A stretch of 64,000 bases of DNA, taken from Octopus bimaculoides. Taxonomy: Eukaryota. Within the stretch, counting starts at the first letter, position 1; the number at the start of each line of letters is the position of its first letter. The stretch lies in contig NC_069000.1 of assembly GCF_001194135.2 (NCBI RefSeq), positions 3,123,647-3,187,646 of the forward strand, written 5' to 3'. This document shows, one piece after another, positions 12,971 to 26,755 of this stretch. The translations under genes were made by a program, and so were the position numbers. A model generated the notes under the pieces. It was given only the letters and a program-made list of their open reading frames with translations, had not been told where the DNA came from and searched no databases.

Positions 12971-13020
12971 AACAGTTGGACAGCGTGAAACAGTTGGACA
13001 GCGTGAAACAGTTGGAGAGC
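12971..13020 (+). repeat. 18-bp tandem repeat, about 2.8 units
   Basis: aacagttggacagcgtga twice plus aacagttggagagc. Confidence 0.9.
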
Positions 13021-13224
13021 AAAGTACCTACAGAATTGGCAACACAAATAGACACCAATGAAAGTAATAAAAATAGATATAATAACATTAAAAGAATACG
13101 AGAATTAAGTGAAACAACGTCACAATGTCAACATCGAAACAAATAAGTGCTTCTCGTTTTGAGTAGATATCTTCAATGAACCGACTAATTTAAACGACTT
13201 TTCGAATAATCCAACCGGGTAACC

Positions 13225-13292
<68 letters not shown>

Positions 13293-14164
13293 ATGAAAAT
13301 CTGGAAATGTACATACATTAAAATACGCGTGTACACATACCGGCGTATGAACATATACATATACACGTGCGTGCGTGTGCATGCGTGCGTGTGTGTATGT
13401 ACAAACGCATATATACGCAGAGAGACACAACTGCAAAGGGGAATGCAAAAGAAGATAGAACGCGTAGCTAGTTTCTTTCCGTATCTCAGGGCTATTTCGT
13501 GCTTTGAAATTCAATCGAAGTCTGAGTTACATCAGCCCGAGTCGATAACTTAAATAACAGACACTTGCAGGCACGTATTTCTCCCTTTCTCTTTCTAGCT
13601 CCTACGGTCACTTTGCTCCTCTGGGTCGAGGACATATTTATTATATTTGTTTTCGTTATGTTATCACTGATTGTTCTCACTTGAAGCGTTTTGTCTTTAG
13701 TTCTTTAGTTCTTCAACACAAAACCTTACCAAACTCTGCTACAATGATATTACACACACAGAGCCACGCAAGCACTCCAAGACATATTCACTTCACATAT
13801 ACATGCCTTTGCATTATAATTTATATGTAAAGGCATGCATGCATCATTTTTGTACTAGTTGTTTTTACATTGATGTGTAATAAATTGCACTCATACACTG
13901 CAATGTATCAGAGACTTTTACTGTATAAGTTTCTAATTTATTACAGTGTAACAACACATAAGGGTCATATAGGAATTAAATTATAATATATAGTATTATA
14001 ACACATTGGTAATATAACGATAACTTTTATTGGCTTCAAGAGCATATGGCTATGGTTGTAGAATAAGATCAGAATACGACAAAAACATAGCAGAGGGTTT
14101 TTACTTCAACTACTAGTACTACTACTACTACTATTACAGCTACCATCGCCACTATGAACAATAA

Positions 14165-14372
14165 TAGCTACTACAGGCACAAGGCCTGAAATTGGGGCGG
14201 GGGCACGAGTCAATTATATCGATCCCAAGTGTTTTACTGGTACTTAATTTATCAACCCCGAAACGATGATAGGCAAAGTCGACCTCGACGGAATTTGAAC
14301 TCGGAATGTAAAGACGGTCCAAATGCCGCTACGGATTTTGCCTGGCGTGCTTCCGATTCTGCCAGTTCGCCA
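14165..14372 (-). mobile_element. Meta-like SINE, full length
   Basis: Minus strand ggcgaactggcagaatcggaagcacgccaggcaaaatc...gagttcaaattccgtcgaggtcgactttgcctatcatcgtttcggggttgataaattaagtaccag...tttcaggccttgtgcctgtagtag, degenerate (TAG/TAT)n tail. Confidence 0.9.
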
Positions 14373-14562
14373 TATCTTTGTACTGCAGTGAATAGAAAAT
14401 GAAGGAAAGCTGATGTAAACATACGCAAAAAGGATGGTCGTCAAAAGCAATTACAGAAATTTATACGATTTTTTAAAAGAGACTAATTATACTATTGGAG
14501 GATGGGGACTGGATATGATGGAAGAGAGTGGGGGAAGACACCGAATACAGCGTAAAATCACA

Positions 14563-14685
14563 GACTGTGAAAAGGTATATAATATTAATGTGGATATCAA
14601 ACACATTGAGAAAACTATGAAATATGAGGACCAATGCAGGGAGATCGAGAGATTGTGAAACACGAAGCTGACAATTATCCCTATG
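14563..14685 (+). mobile_element. Decayed C-terminus of a restriction-like-endonuclease (R2/R4/NeSL-type) non-LTR retrotransposon
   Basis: DCEKVYNINVDIKHIEKTMKYEDQCREIERL*NTKLTIIPM resembles the REL motif D..P.D.N+..K..EK..KY..L..EI.R+W...V.IIP; TGA sits where Trp is expected. Confidence 0.45.
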
Positions 14686-15663
14686 CCATCCTGTATTCGT
14701 TTAGCTTCCAAAGAAAGTTACCTGAGATTTGATAAGACACGTTTCCAAGCTTCAGGATAGAATCCCTACTAATTAAATTAGCATGAAATACCATGTTTGT
14801 AACAACAAAACAACAACAAAAATCACGAGAATATAAATATATTTTCTTTATTACCTTACCTTAGGTTTCGTATACATACGTAATCCATTCGGTAAGTCTA
14901 TTGTAGTGACGTTTTATGATCATGAATGTTGTTTTCGAAGAAATGCTATTTTCTTAAGAATCTAGGTACTCCTTCGTAGCAGATCATGTTAGATGATATA
15001 TATTATATGATCTGTTGATCTCCTTTTTAAAGTCTTCTCCCGAGACCTTACAAGTTCTAACTTTTAAGATCACAAAGCAGCCGTTCGTTTGTCTACAACC
15101 AAGTCGGCTCCGTTGTTACTATTATTATTGTTGTTATTATCATCACCATAAATTCATACGAGCTTCGAACCTACCAAATCTTGCACCTCTGTTTGTGAGG
15201 TGTGTACGAGGTCGTTTCTTTGTTGTTTGTGGTGGTGTTTTTTTTTTCGGTGCAGTATTGTGTTTCTACATTTCATCTACGTTCAGTGATTTATGTTGTA
15301 CTAGAGGTGATTGGCGATCTATTGTTATTATTCAATAATAATAATAATAATAATTCTTTTTCATCGCCTATCGTATATGATCCAATAATACTATGTCAGT
15401 TTTAGCGAGATAAATTTCCTAATTGAGAGTAAGAAGACCAGAATCGATCGGTGAAGGCTCAGTATTTGAAGATTAAACGCATATGCCAACAAGCGAATAA
15501 CTATCATTTTACGATCACTTATATTGCTTACAAGGATAGAAATCTGATACATTTAGAATTCATGTTAAGGATCGTTCGCTAAATTTATATTCCCTAAAAC
15601 TTTTGATCAGGTTTCTAGCGCTTCCTGCGAGTGTGATGTGTTCAACCTTGATTTATGTATTTA

Positions 15664-15722
<59 letters not shown>

Positions 15723-15901
15723 AAACATATGTATACATATATATGAATATATATACATGTATACATATAACTATATACATATATATACCCATATTTATGC
15801 ATACATGTATATATACATATGTATATATGTATATATATATATACATATATATATATACACACACGCACAGGCACATACAGACATATATATATATATATGA
15901 G

Positions 15902-15937
<36 letters not shown>

Positions 15938-16092
15938 TTGTGTTTATACATACATACATATATATGTATATATTTTGTGTATATATAATAGATTCAGGTA
16001 TCATGTATAAATTTTGATATACGTACTCACACAATGCCCACACTCAAACACATATGCCACTATACATATTTGGGCATGTGTTAAATCTTGTG

Positions 16093-16138
<46 letters not shown>

Positions 16139-16671
16139 GTGTGTATGTATGTCTATACATCATAAAAACCTATAAAAGGAGTAAACCGATGTTTATAATG
16201 CGTTGTGCGTTGGATACGTGTATCTACTGGGTTATAAACGAATATACGATTTTGCTCTCCTCTTCTTCAACGTCTGATGGATGGTCGGTCAGAAGGCATA
16301 ATCTTCCATATTGATTTCTTCAGCAACGAGAGGGAGAGAAAGAGAGAGAGAGAGAGTGGCAAAGAAAGAAAGAAAGAAAGATACATAGAGAGAAAAAGTG
16401 AGAGAGAATTATGTATCTTAAGTCATCTTAGATTCCCCACTAAGAAAATTGTTTCTTTTCTCTTTTTTCTCTATGATGTTGTGCACTTATTCTTGCAATG
16501 TTCCCTACTTTTCGACTTTCTCGCAACCAACAAATGCATCACAATTTCTACTACTACTAATACTATAATGGTGAATCTACTGATTGTTTAAGGACTCGGA
16601 AAAAATGCTTTGTAACATAACATTTAGTCCAAGCTTTAATTTCTAATTTCAAATGCGGCCGTGATCAGCAT

Positions 16672-16790
16672 TACACCTTATTCTTTCGGGGTCGAAATGA
16701 GACGTAAGAGTTCAGAAATGAGACTGATTAACCCAGTAGCCCCTCCCCTAAGAATTTTCAGGTGTAGTATGATAGGATCATTTGTGCAGG
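16672..16790 (+). mobile_element. Partial Meta-like SINE
   Basis: tattctttcggggtcgaaatgag...cccctccccctaagaattttcagg...gataggatcatt. Confidence 0.55.
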
Positions 16791-17838
16791 TATTTTAGGA
16801 AGAAATTGTCATCTTGAAATAATAGACATGGGTTTCTCGTTTCAAAGACTACATTTTCTTATTATTCTCTTCGTTAAAATAGTGTCTACAGGTTTTGTCC
16901 CCGCTTCGACCCGCTTACGATTATACCAAATGTTTTCAGAGATCAAAACTTAGGTACATATATCTGTGGTCGACCGTGTGCTATATTAGAAGACGCTTAT
17001 CCAAGACGACAATTTACAGCAGGATTAGTTTATCTAAAAACCGCTTAGTCGGTGTATCTAATTATTGATTTGATAAGCAAAAGCCAAGGGTAAACATTCT
17101 AGATTTGATGTTGTTTAGCGTAAAGTCACCAGAGTTCAGGTATAGAAGAAAAGATATCCATCTGTTAGCTTTCAAACAGTGTGTCCAGAAGACACACTAT
17201 TGAATTTGAACCTCCCTGGAGAGATGTATCAAATAAACACTAGCATCTGCAATGATTGAAATTTGACTGTTGATTCTAGCTGGTGGGGCGCATGTGCAGA
17301 AGCCTGCTCGATGTCTCATCTCATTCCTGCGTTTATGCGTTGGAGGAGGAGGAGTTGTGAAGAGTGCCTGTAACTGATTTGCTGGAGATACAACACAATA
17401 GATGGCGAGTAAAGAATAAATAGTTTATGGGACTCGACACTATAGATTTTCTCACGGATTCTATGGGAAATCGTTTCCAAATGCGAGCTGATCTATAGCG
17501 TTGAGAATCAATTTTTATATATTCTACAAATTAGTAAGCACGTTGAAACAAATGCAAAACAATGGTTGGACCATAAAAATAAACACAAATATGGCGTCTT
17601 CCGTTCATGCTCAATATTTTGATTAGAAAAGCTATTTGAAAGAAATAATCAAATATATTGATTATTGGCTTTAGTATTATATCGTACAAAGCACACAGAA
17701 TGTTCAATGGATATATTGCAGATGTAATTTGAAATCAGCAGCTGAGTAATATAAAAATATAAAATCGACAAGAGAGAAAAAACAAAATAAACAACAGCAA
17801 AGAAAAAATATAAAATGAGACAAATAATATTATTATCA

Positions 17839-17876
<38 letters not shown>

Positions 17877-19858
17877 ACGACAACAATAACAACACCCGAA
17901 TGTGGTACGTAGAAAAATTACATGAATATATTCGACATACAGGAAAAACCTTGCCTGGTAAGTTGTTGGGATGTGTGTATATATGTATATATATATTTAT
18001 ATAGATATGTATATATATGTGTGCGTGTGTGTGTGTGTGTGTATACATGTACACACACATATGTACATATATGTATATACGTACACACATACAGACGCAT
18101 GTGTATATGCACTCTTTTTGTGTGTATATTTATATAAGTACGTGTGCGTATACACAGACATACATACAAACACACACATATGTATATATGTATTTATATA
18201 TACAAATTTACTTGCGTAAGCACGCACGTACGCGCGCATAGATGCCCATGTATATTTACCAGGAAAATGAATCTTCGCAATTAAAAGTGTAATGGAAATG
18301 TTCCCCTTTGGAATACAAAACGTCGAATAATAAATAAAAAACATATCTAGCTAATGTACAGCTTTCAACTCCAAAGCGAGGCTTTAAATCCCGGTTGCTT
18401 TTTATCCTCCTTCATCTCTTAAAAATTATACATTGGAATATCTCATTATTTTGTAATAATGATGGATATTTTACTCTACAATTCCTGTTGCATTGAATAG
18501 AAGCAGCTTTTATGTATTTGGTAGGAATTCAAAGTTGTTCTACCTATGTTAAATTGTTTGTTGTTGTTGTCTATATTTTGTCGCATTTCCTGACTAAAGA
18601 CACATAAATTACACACGCCCACACGCTGACTACTCGAATAGAAGCGCAAACACCTCACACGAATCTTTTATTCTTCATGTGTTTCAGTTATTGGACTGCA
18701 GTCATTTCTGTACATATATATATGTATGTATGTATGTATAGGCACACACACACACACGCATTCGCACTCAAACACACGCATTCACACTCACACATACGCA
18801 GAACACTGGGGATAGTTGAGCGTAAGATAGCCAAGACGTTAAAATCACAAGTCTGCTATAGAAACTGCTGCACAGAAACAAAACATGTAAATACTGGTAT
18901 TTAATGTAAAGCACGCGAGCAAGAAATATAATATCTTCGTCCCAAGTAACTGTGCACAGAACAGTGAATGTTTCTTGAAAAATTATGCGCAGCCTGCCAG
19001 ATTGTTAGATCGAGAGACAGATAACCGACTTAGGACATCTGATTGACAGAAAAATAATTACGTACGCTGATACTACTGGCTTCTGTAAATCCAAATGAGT
19101 GTAGAAAGAAACAAGTTAATGGGAATATATCTAAAGACAGAATGGAAAATGCGACAACTGCATAAGCATGAACGGAGCCATTCCCAGTTACTGAATTTGC
19201 AAAACCTTTTATGTGGTATTCAAATTTATGCAAAAAATTGTCGGGCAGGAAACTCAAATTGCCATAGAGACCTTCAGGAAAATATCGTTTAACGGTTACG
19301 AATTCAGGTACCGAAACAACTAACATTTCTAACGAGCTAACACATTTCGTTAAGAGATGCAAACATTAGTCGCATGCACACTCTGACACACGCGCACACA
19401 CAGACATTTATACATCCCTTTGCAAATAATTACATTGTGCACTGTACCCGAGTCCGTAAGAGGATCTCCTGTGAAACCGCACGTTTCTCTACATCTATAT
19501 TTTATACTACTAAATTATTATACATACATGTATATATAATGTAATGCAGTTTGTCCATGAAAGGGAAAATCCAGAAATTCGGATCGTTGAAATAATTTCA
19601 TGAAGAGTTTATAAAACCATATAAACATGATGGGACCGTGCATGGTACAGTGTGTTTGGGAAGAATGACCTTTCCCAAACGGTCATGTCTTCGCGTATAA
19701 TGTAGAAAATAAGAAAAGAAAATCGGACGACGAAATGTGAATAATACTTAATAGAAAGTTAGATTTATATATATTTACAGGGAAGTGTAAGCATTGTTTA
19801 ACTCTTATGCTATCTCATTCGAAATAGCAATTTATACACAATACACACACACACAGAA

Positions 19859-19940
<82 letters not shown>

Positions 19941-20293
19941 TATGTGTGCGTGCTTGTAATTATGTATGTTTCTATGTTACATATAATATGTAATTCTACC
20001 CGACAAAGTAATATACAAAAGCAGATATATTAGATTGGTGTAGAAAACTAGTTATTTCAAGGAATGATTAGAATAGGTTTATGCTAGTTGTGCGTAGTTC
20101 ACATTGAAGAAGCATACGCAGGAGGAGGAGAAGTGGTAGGAAACACGACGAACATGGATAATATAAACTTAGTGACAGCGACATAATAAATATATTTATA
20201 TATATATAGTGTTTTTTTCTCTGAATTATATATTTCTATATTCTTCTATGAATGTATGTATATGCGTACGTTCTTATATATGTTTGTGTGCTT

Positions 20294-20351
<58 letters not shown>

Positions 20352-21194
20352 GTATATATAGATGTTTGTAATCAAACACAGTGTGACAATCAGATAAGGT
20401 TGAACAACAAGTCAGACAATGTAATATTCCAAAACTAATTGTGTTATATTTTTCTATTATAGGCGAGTGTCACAGCAGTAATGAGAGATTGAATGAGTAT
20501 GTCATACAGTTTAAATATTTACTGTTCCGTCGTTGAATCACAGCGGCAAATGGTTTATAAATCTGTATTGTAGGAGAAGAAGAAAATTGAAAGCAATACG
20601 GAGAAGGTGAATTCTGTAAATAATAGAGTCTGGAAATACGAAATGGAACATAAAAATGGGTGTGCGTATGTTGGCATGTGTGCGTGTGTGGGGGAGGGTG
20701 AGAGAGGGAGAGATGTACGTAGAGACGTAGAGAGTAGGAGTGAGTGTCTGATGATTGCATATAGAATGATTATATACGGAGACAGAGAGGGAAATATACA
20801 AGCGGCCTATAAAATAGACTCTGCTTGCACAACACAGTCTACCGAGACTCAATGTTTGCATAGAATATGGCCGATCAATGAATACATATAAGCTAGCGAA
20901 CGCAGCAACGTTAATATACTTTAAAAGCTAATGGATGACAGAAGGAACGGATTTGAACGTGACCGTGTAAAACGTGTTCCAAAGGAAGACTTGGTGAATT
21001 TATGATCGCCATATTTCAATAAAGAAATTGCACACACACACATGCGGACACATGCATGTGTTTATATATATATATATATATATATATATGAGTATGTGTG
21101 TGTATGTATATGTGTGTGTGTATGTATATATATATATGTTTATACAACATATAAATATATATATGAGCATGTGTGTTATATGTATACACACACA

Positions 21195-21240
<46 letters not shown>

Positions 21241-21708
21241 CTTTTATAAATGTAACAAAAGAAATTGGTTTGTTTTCTTCAATTACCTTCTGAAATAGCG
21301 GTCGTATCTATTCAAGTTTAAACTGAATTAGCTACCAATCTATATGTCTATCTGTCTCTCTGACTACTTTCTGTCTATTGATTTATCTATCCGTCTACTT
21401 TACTTTATAACTCTGTCTCTGTCCTTCCCTCTTTCTGTTAATCTGGTAAGCATTGTAATTATCTACATATAATATACACATGGGAAAAAAATAATAATCT
21501 TGAGTCACCTTTGAAAATGTAAATACGTATAGTCACTATATTGTTGACACCCTCATAACTAACGCTACAATCCCATTGCTAACGCCACAAGGGGCATTAC
21601 ATCAACTGTAAGTTACTAGAAAATTACAGAGCTTAACTAGACCAGATTGACAGGGACAGGTACGGCTTCGCTAATATACTGAACCGTTCTTGCCATCTAG
21701 AGACATAC

Positions 21709-21783
21709 ATGAACACTGAACGCGAAGATTTTCTCCCCTTATGTCCTTATATCCGAAAATATATTGAACTATTCGGTTCCTTC
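21709..21783 (-). CDS. Candidate symmetric exon (75 bp, phase 1-1)
   Basis: ctgtcacttttag|GAAGG...TGTTCAT|gtatgt; open RNRIVQYIFGYKDIRGENLRVQCS. Confidence 0.2.
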
Positions 21784-22046
21784 CTAAAAGTGACAGTTGA
21801 CTCTTCCCTTATTTGAAGCACTATCACATAAAAGAGTATCATTCGCCCAGCGTATACACACAATTATATACATACATATATTTTGAGTAGAAAAAACACA
21901 AGGCAGACTAAAGAACGCCATCCGATTACTTTACACTCCGAACATGAAAACTACCATAGGTCACACGTAAAAAAAATGTCTATTAAATGAATCTCATCCC
22001 TGCGTGGATGGAATACTTATTATTAATGCTGCCAATAATGGAAGAG

Positions 22047-22079
22047 TATATCATATCATATCATATCATATCATATCAT

Positions 22080-22117
<38 letters not shown>
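22047..22117. repeat. (ATCAT)n pentanucleotide grading into (TA)n
   Basis: tatcatatcatatcatatcatatcatatcatatc followed by a TA run up to the gap. Confidence 0.9.
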
Positions 22118-22737
22118 NNNNNNNNNNNNNNNNNNNNNNNNNNNNNNNNNNNNNNNNNNNNNNNNNNNNNNNNNNNNNNNNNNNNNNNNNNNNNNNNNNN
22201 NNNNNNNNNNNNNNNNNNNNNNNNNNNNNNNNNNNNNNNNNNNNNNNNNNNNNNNNNNNNNNNNNNNNNNNNNNNNNNNNNNNNNNNNNNNNNNNNNNNN
22301 NNNNNNNNNNNNNNNNNNNNNNNNNNNNNNNNNNNNNNNNNNNNNNNNNNNNNNNNNNNNNNNNNNNNNNNNNNNNNNNNNNNNNNNNNNNNNNNNNNNN
22401 NNNNNNNNNNNNNNNNNNNNNNNNNNNNNNNNNNNNNNNNNNNNNNNNNNNNNNNNNNNNNNNNNNNNNNNNNNNNNNNNNNNNNNNNNNNNNNNNNNNN
22501 NNNNNNNNNNNNNNNNNNNNNNNNNNNNNNNNNNNNNNNNNNNNNNNNNNNNNNNNNNNNNNNNNNNNNNNNNNNNNNNNNNNNTATATATATGCACTAT
22601 GTGCCGATTATGCTTAATGCATCGAACAAAATTAAATAAAAATGTATAATGTTCGGTAATGGTAAAATTCTCATTAAGTGTGACTCATATTTCTCCATTT
22701 ATACGTCAGTGCATATATACTCATCATAAGTGCGTGC

Positions 22738-22777
<40 letters not shown>

Positions 22778-23130
22778 AATTAAAGCAGCTAATTTCGTGA
22801 CGCGCAATCTTATCCAAATACTTGTCTTTGTAAGGATTCGTTGTTGACTTTTCCGAAAGCCTATGATATTTACCAAGTATTCAATAACGGTGTAGAAAGA
22901 ATTCCTAATATATCAGATAATTATTTATAATGGCGAAAATTATACCATTGGTTGAAAAGGCTACTTGTGGTTGTCAAAAGTGTTTGTGTTTAATGGAAAT
23001 ACAGTCATTCCGAGCCATATAGCCGTTTATCATTTAAGCTTATGTCGATTCCTCCGTCGGTGCTCTTTTGCATCTATAATAAAATAAATATATACAAATT
23101 ATAAAAATAATTTTAAAAAGATATACAGTA

Positions 23131-23217
23131 CAGTACTGTTTCTACTTCGTGGATTTTCACCTATCGCGGGAGGTGAGTGGCTAGAATGTAACACTCGTGA
23201 TAGTCGAAGTCTTACTG
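23131..23217. mobile_element. Possible degenerate Tc1/mariner (pogo-like) MITE
   Basis: TA|CAGTA...acttcg left end and cgaagt..tactg|TA right end; internal inverted pair ctatcgcggg / ctcgtgatag. Confidence 0.35.
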
Positions 23218-24225
23218 TAATTATAGAAGCGTGGGTGTCTGGGGAAGCGGTTCATTTCGTCAGGAAATGGTTCGTAGGAGTTTCGGTCATGGTGGGTAGC
23301 TTGAGACAGTGGGTAGTTTTCCTATATCAGTGTCTTCCTTGCGAGAGAGCAAAGCAGAACTTGACAGATTGTAATTTGTAAAAAAAAAAAGAGCACACAA
23401 AGACGTGTATGTATGTGTGTGTGTCTGTGTGACTACCTGTAACTTTCCATAGGTTTCCGACATGAAGCCAGAAAGATATTACAATTTTCTCCTCGTAACC
23501 ATGCTTAGTACATATGCAACTCAGAGGACGACATTAAAAGCCAGAAGAGTGCTAAAACCAGACACTAATTTAATTGAAGTAATAAATAAAAATCACCAAC
23601 CAAGAATAGTCGGAACAAAACCGTGTGGTAATGTGTTACGTTTTTTCTACATCTTATTATGATAATCCACGAAGACGGCGGCTGTTACCTGATGTCTCAC
23701 TGTTTATAATGCATAAATAATTTACAAGGTGTAAGAGCAATTTTGGCTATCGTGTTTCGCTCGTAACCGGTTAATCTTTCCGCCACTTTTGAAATCTTAT
23801 TGATATTGACGTAGAGACAGAAATGTCCTAAACTCTACACGGCCACATTCAATACATGCCAGAAATTTATTTTGCTTGTGTAGGTGATGATCTCAAGTTC
23901 AATAAGCGATAATTTTGACGTTCATTAATCACAAAATTGCTACCCAAACATAATTCAAGCTTTGGATGTCGGCTCAAGAGACAATTCATTCGTTAAATAT
24001 TCATATCACATGTAGCACTCGTATGTGACAACCTGAGAAGCTATTAAACATGTTGGAAGGCAGAATCACAGAAAGCTAATTCACAAAGTTGCTAAACCGT
24101 TTGAGAGGAAGTGAGACCGTGCTATTTTCACCATTCTGGGCTCCCTGCATTGGATATTGTAGCCTTGTTACTTATTTTGTCTCTCTGTCTGTATGTATAT
24201 AATTTTCTTTCGAAAAATAGAGAGC

Positions 24226-24259
<34 letters not shown>

Positions 24260-24770
24260 NNNNNNNNNNNNNNNNNNNNNNNNNNNNNNNNNNNNNNNNN
24301 NNNNNNNNNNNNNNNNNNNNNNNNNNNNNNNNNNNNNNNNNNNNNNNNNNNNNNNNNNNNNNNNNNNNNNNNNNNNNNNNNNNNNNNNNNNNNNNNNNNN
24401 NNNNNNNNNNNNNNNNNNNNNNNNNNNNNNNNNNNNNNNNNNNNNNNNNNNNNNNNNNNNNNNNNNNNNNNNNNNNNNNNNNNNNNNNNNNNNNNNNNNN
24501 NNNNNNNNNNNNNNNNNNNNNNNNNNNNNNNNNNNNNNNNNNNNNNNNNNNNNNNNNNNNNNNNNNNNNNNNNNNNNNNNNNNNNNNNNNNNNNNNNNNN
24601 NNNNNNNNNNNNNNNNNNNNNNNNNNNNNNNNNNNNNNNNNNNNNNNNNNNNNNNNNNNNNNNNNNNNNNNNNNNNNNNNNNNNNNNNNNNNNNNNNNNN
24701 NNNNNNNNNNNNNNNNNNNNNNNNNNNNNNNNNNNNNNNNNNNNNNNNNNNNNNNNNNNNNNNNNNNNNA

Positions 24771-25030
24771 GGAATTGTAGCTGAAATCTAAGTAAAGCAA
24801 ATTAGATTTCTCGGTCATGTGATGAGGAGGGAGGACGTGAAGAATTTAGACATGCCATGAAAGAATTTAGGGAAGAGAAGCGAAGAAAGTAGAAAGATGA
24901 TATGAATGTGAAGCCTGAAGAATTGTTTGGAATAAAGAAGCATTAAACATCAGGAAGCGAGACCGTTGCAGAAAACAAAGAACAGAGGACTTTGGTAGGA
25001 CATGATTGGGTTTGTCTTACATTGGCCAAT
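24771..25030 (+). mobile_element. Decayed RTE-clade LINE, ORF C-terminus
   Basis: One frame with stops: KQIRFLGHVMRREDVKNL...GKRSEESRK...SLKNCL...LQKTKNRGLW*DMI, matching the RTE C-terminal pattern RQLRFLGHVMR...GKRSRGR...DR.LWR.MI. Confidence 0.75.
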
Positions 25031-25283
25031 GATGATAGGTTCCGAAACGCTCGACAGTTTGAAATGAAACCACAACTTCTGAATATTAGGTATAAAATGT
25101 ATATTTTACGGACGGCAGCGATTACGTATTTCCAATCATAAAAGCACAAACTGGTGAAATATATCATATAGATTCTTTTCCTGTTTTTTGGTATTTAATA
25201 AGACTGAACACAGTCGGCTGCCCTATTATAACTTGTCCCAGTATCTCTCCATAATCATACACAATTGTTTTCCAAAAACTCAC

Positions 25284-25394
25284 TTCCTATAATCTGGCCC
25301 CATGCAGTAAAATGGTCAGAACGAAATAATCTTTGTATATAGAGATCCCCTGGAGTTAAACAGCCAATCATTTCCTTCCACTCAGCTACAAATT
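25284..25394 (-). CDS. Candidate symmetric exon (111 bp, or 102 bp from the acceptor at 25385; phase 1-1)
   Basis: Pyrimidine tract and ctgac branch-like motif, ctacaag|AATTTGTAG...ATAGGAA|gtgagt (consensus donor); open FVAEWKEMIGCLTPGDLYIQRLFRSDHFTAWGQIIG. Confidence 0.4.
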
Positions 25395-26452
25395 CTTGTA
25401 GACACATTCCAGTGGATAGTCAGTTAATGAGAGTGAGAAGGAAACTTTGAACGATACCACTATCATAATCTCTTCTAACAACATCATTAGACCATTTCAT
25501 TTACAGCGAGTGATAATGGTTTCTTTACAATGATACTTCCTAACATGTGCCCTGCATGTTCCGCATTTCCGAAGGAGCAGCATAAGAAAATATTTTCCTT
25601 ATATTACACTAATTGAAAAATGCATAATACATTTCAAGGTATGTGTCCGTTTGCTTCTTAATCATTTGTATAGAGAGCGTTGGTAAAAATAACAAAGGCC
25701 TTCAGATGTGCGTGATCAAGCATCGGATCAGTAAGGAGAAAATTCGAACTCTCACACAGGGCCACACACACACATAACCCCCCCCCCACATATATATATA
25801 TATTTATGTATAAAAGTATATACATATATACGCATAAGCATATTCGCATATACACATGTTTAATTTTTCACTATACTTTTGTTGAGTACAAATTCATTAC
25901 TATCAAAAGAAATTGGCGATAAGGAAGTTAAGAATTATTTATTATTAACAAATTGGTTATCTATGCTTCTTACACCCGTTTCAGTTAATACTGAATAATT
26001 TCATTACAAATTTGTATATTACATTTTAATTTATATGACATGAGCATAATTTCATCACAGAAAAAAATGTACCTTGGGATGTTATATGTGGACCTATCAA
26101 TTCATTTTAGCAGTCTTTAAAATGAATTCATTTCAGCAATCTCGGTACATGTTCTCATGTCATCTATATAAAATTTCCCCCATCGATCTCTATCATCGCC
26201 TTCAAGTGCCAGGCCCCAAGCTTCAATCAGCTCTTGCTATCACACGTAAAATTTTCTTTCACTCCTCTCAGTCATTTCTTCTTCACATGCCCTCTCTCCC
26301 TATGCACCTGCAGAGACCACTACAAACAATGGTGTGGAAATCAGGGCGCATCTATACTTTTTTACATCCCATAGCCATTTCATACCACAGTGCATTAGGA
26401 TTTTCAATGTCAGGATGTCGTCTGTTAAATTAGCAGATCCCTACATTCTCAC

Positions 26453-26596
26453 TGTTTTCTGTGATATGCCCTTCAACATGTGGTGGTGGTGGATGAGTTA
26501 TTTCATCTGGTAGATGCGGGCTGACATCTCTATCGGTAGCAGGGGATGACTGATTTCGCCAACTCTCCTCTTTATTCAACACAACCTTAGGAGCGG
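26453..26596 (-). CDS. Candidate symmetric exon (144 bp, phase 1-1), Pro/Ser/Glu-rich
   Basis: ttgttatttttgccaaag|CCGCT...GAAAACA|gtgaga; open APKVVLNKEESWRNQSSPATDRDVSPHLPDEITHPPPPHVEGHITEN; GC-rich island. Confidence 0.4.
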
Positions 26597-26709
26597 CTTT
26601 GGCAAAAATAACAACGAAATTTCATAAGTTGAAATTAGAAGAGCTAATTGCACACTATTAGATAAATATGAATAAGAGAAAACGTGCTGCAACCAATATA
26701 TATATATAC

Positions 26710-26755
<46 letters not shown>

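Noticed and set aside
1177-16952. Plus-strand exon chain 1177-1295, 2282-2343, 5797-5820, 10819-10956 and onward
   Set aside because: Phases can be made compatible, but several acceptors are weak and the joined peptide resembles nothing I recognise; such chains are expected by chance.
17100-17400. GC-richer stretch suspected to be a LINE remnant or exon
   Set aside because: No frame gave a recognisable RT or endonuclease motif, or a clean splice-bounded ORF.
19030-19362. 110-aa minus-strand ORF with a hydrophobic stretch
   Set aside because: No recognisable motif, no convincing splice pair, and AT-rich codon content typical of chance ORFs.
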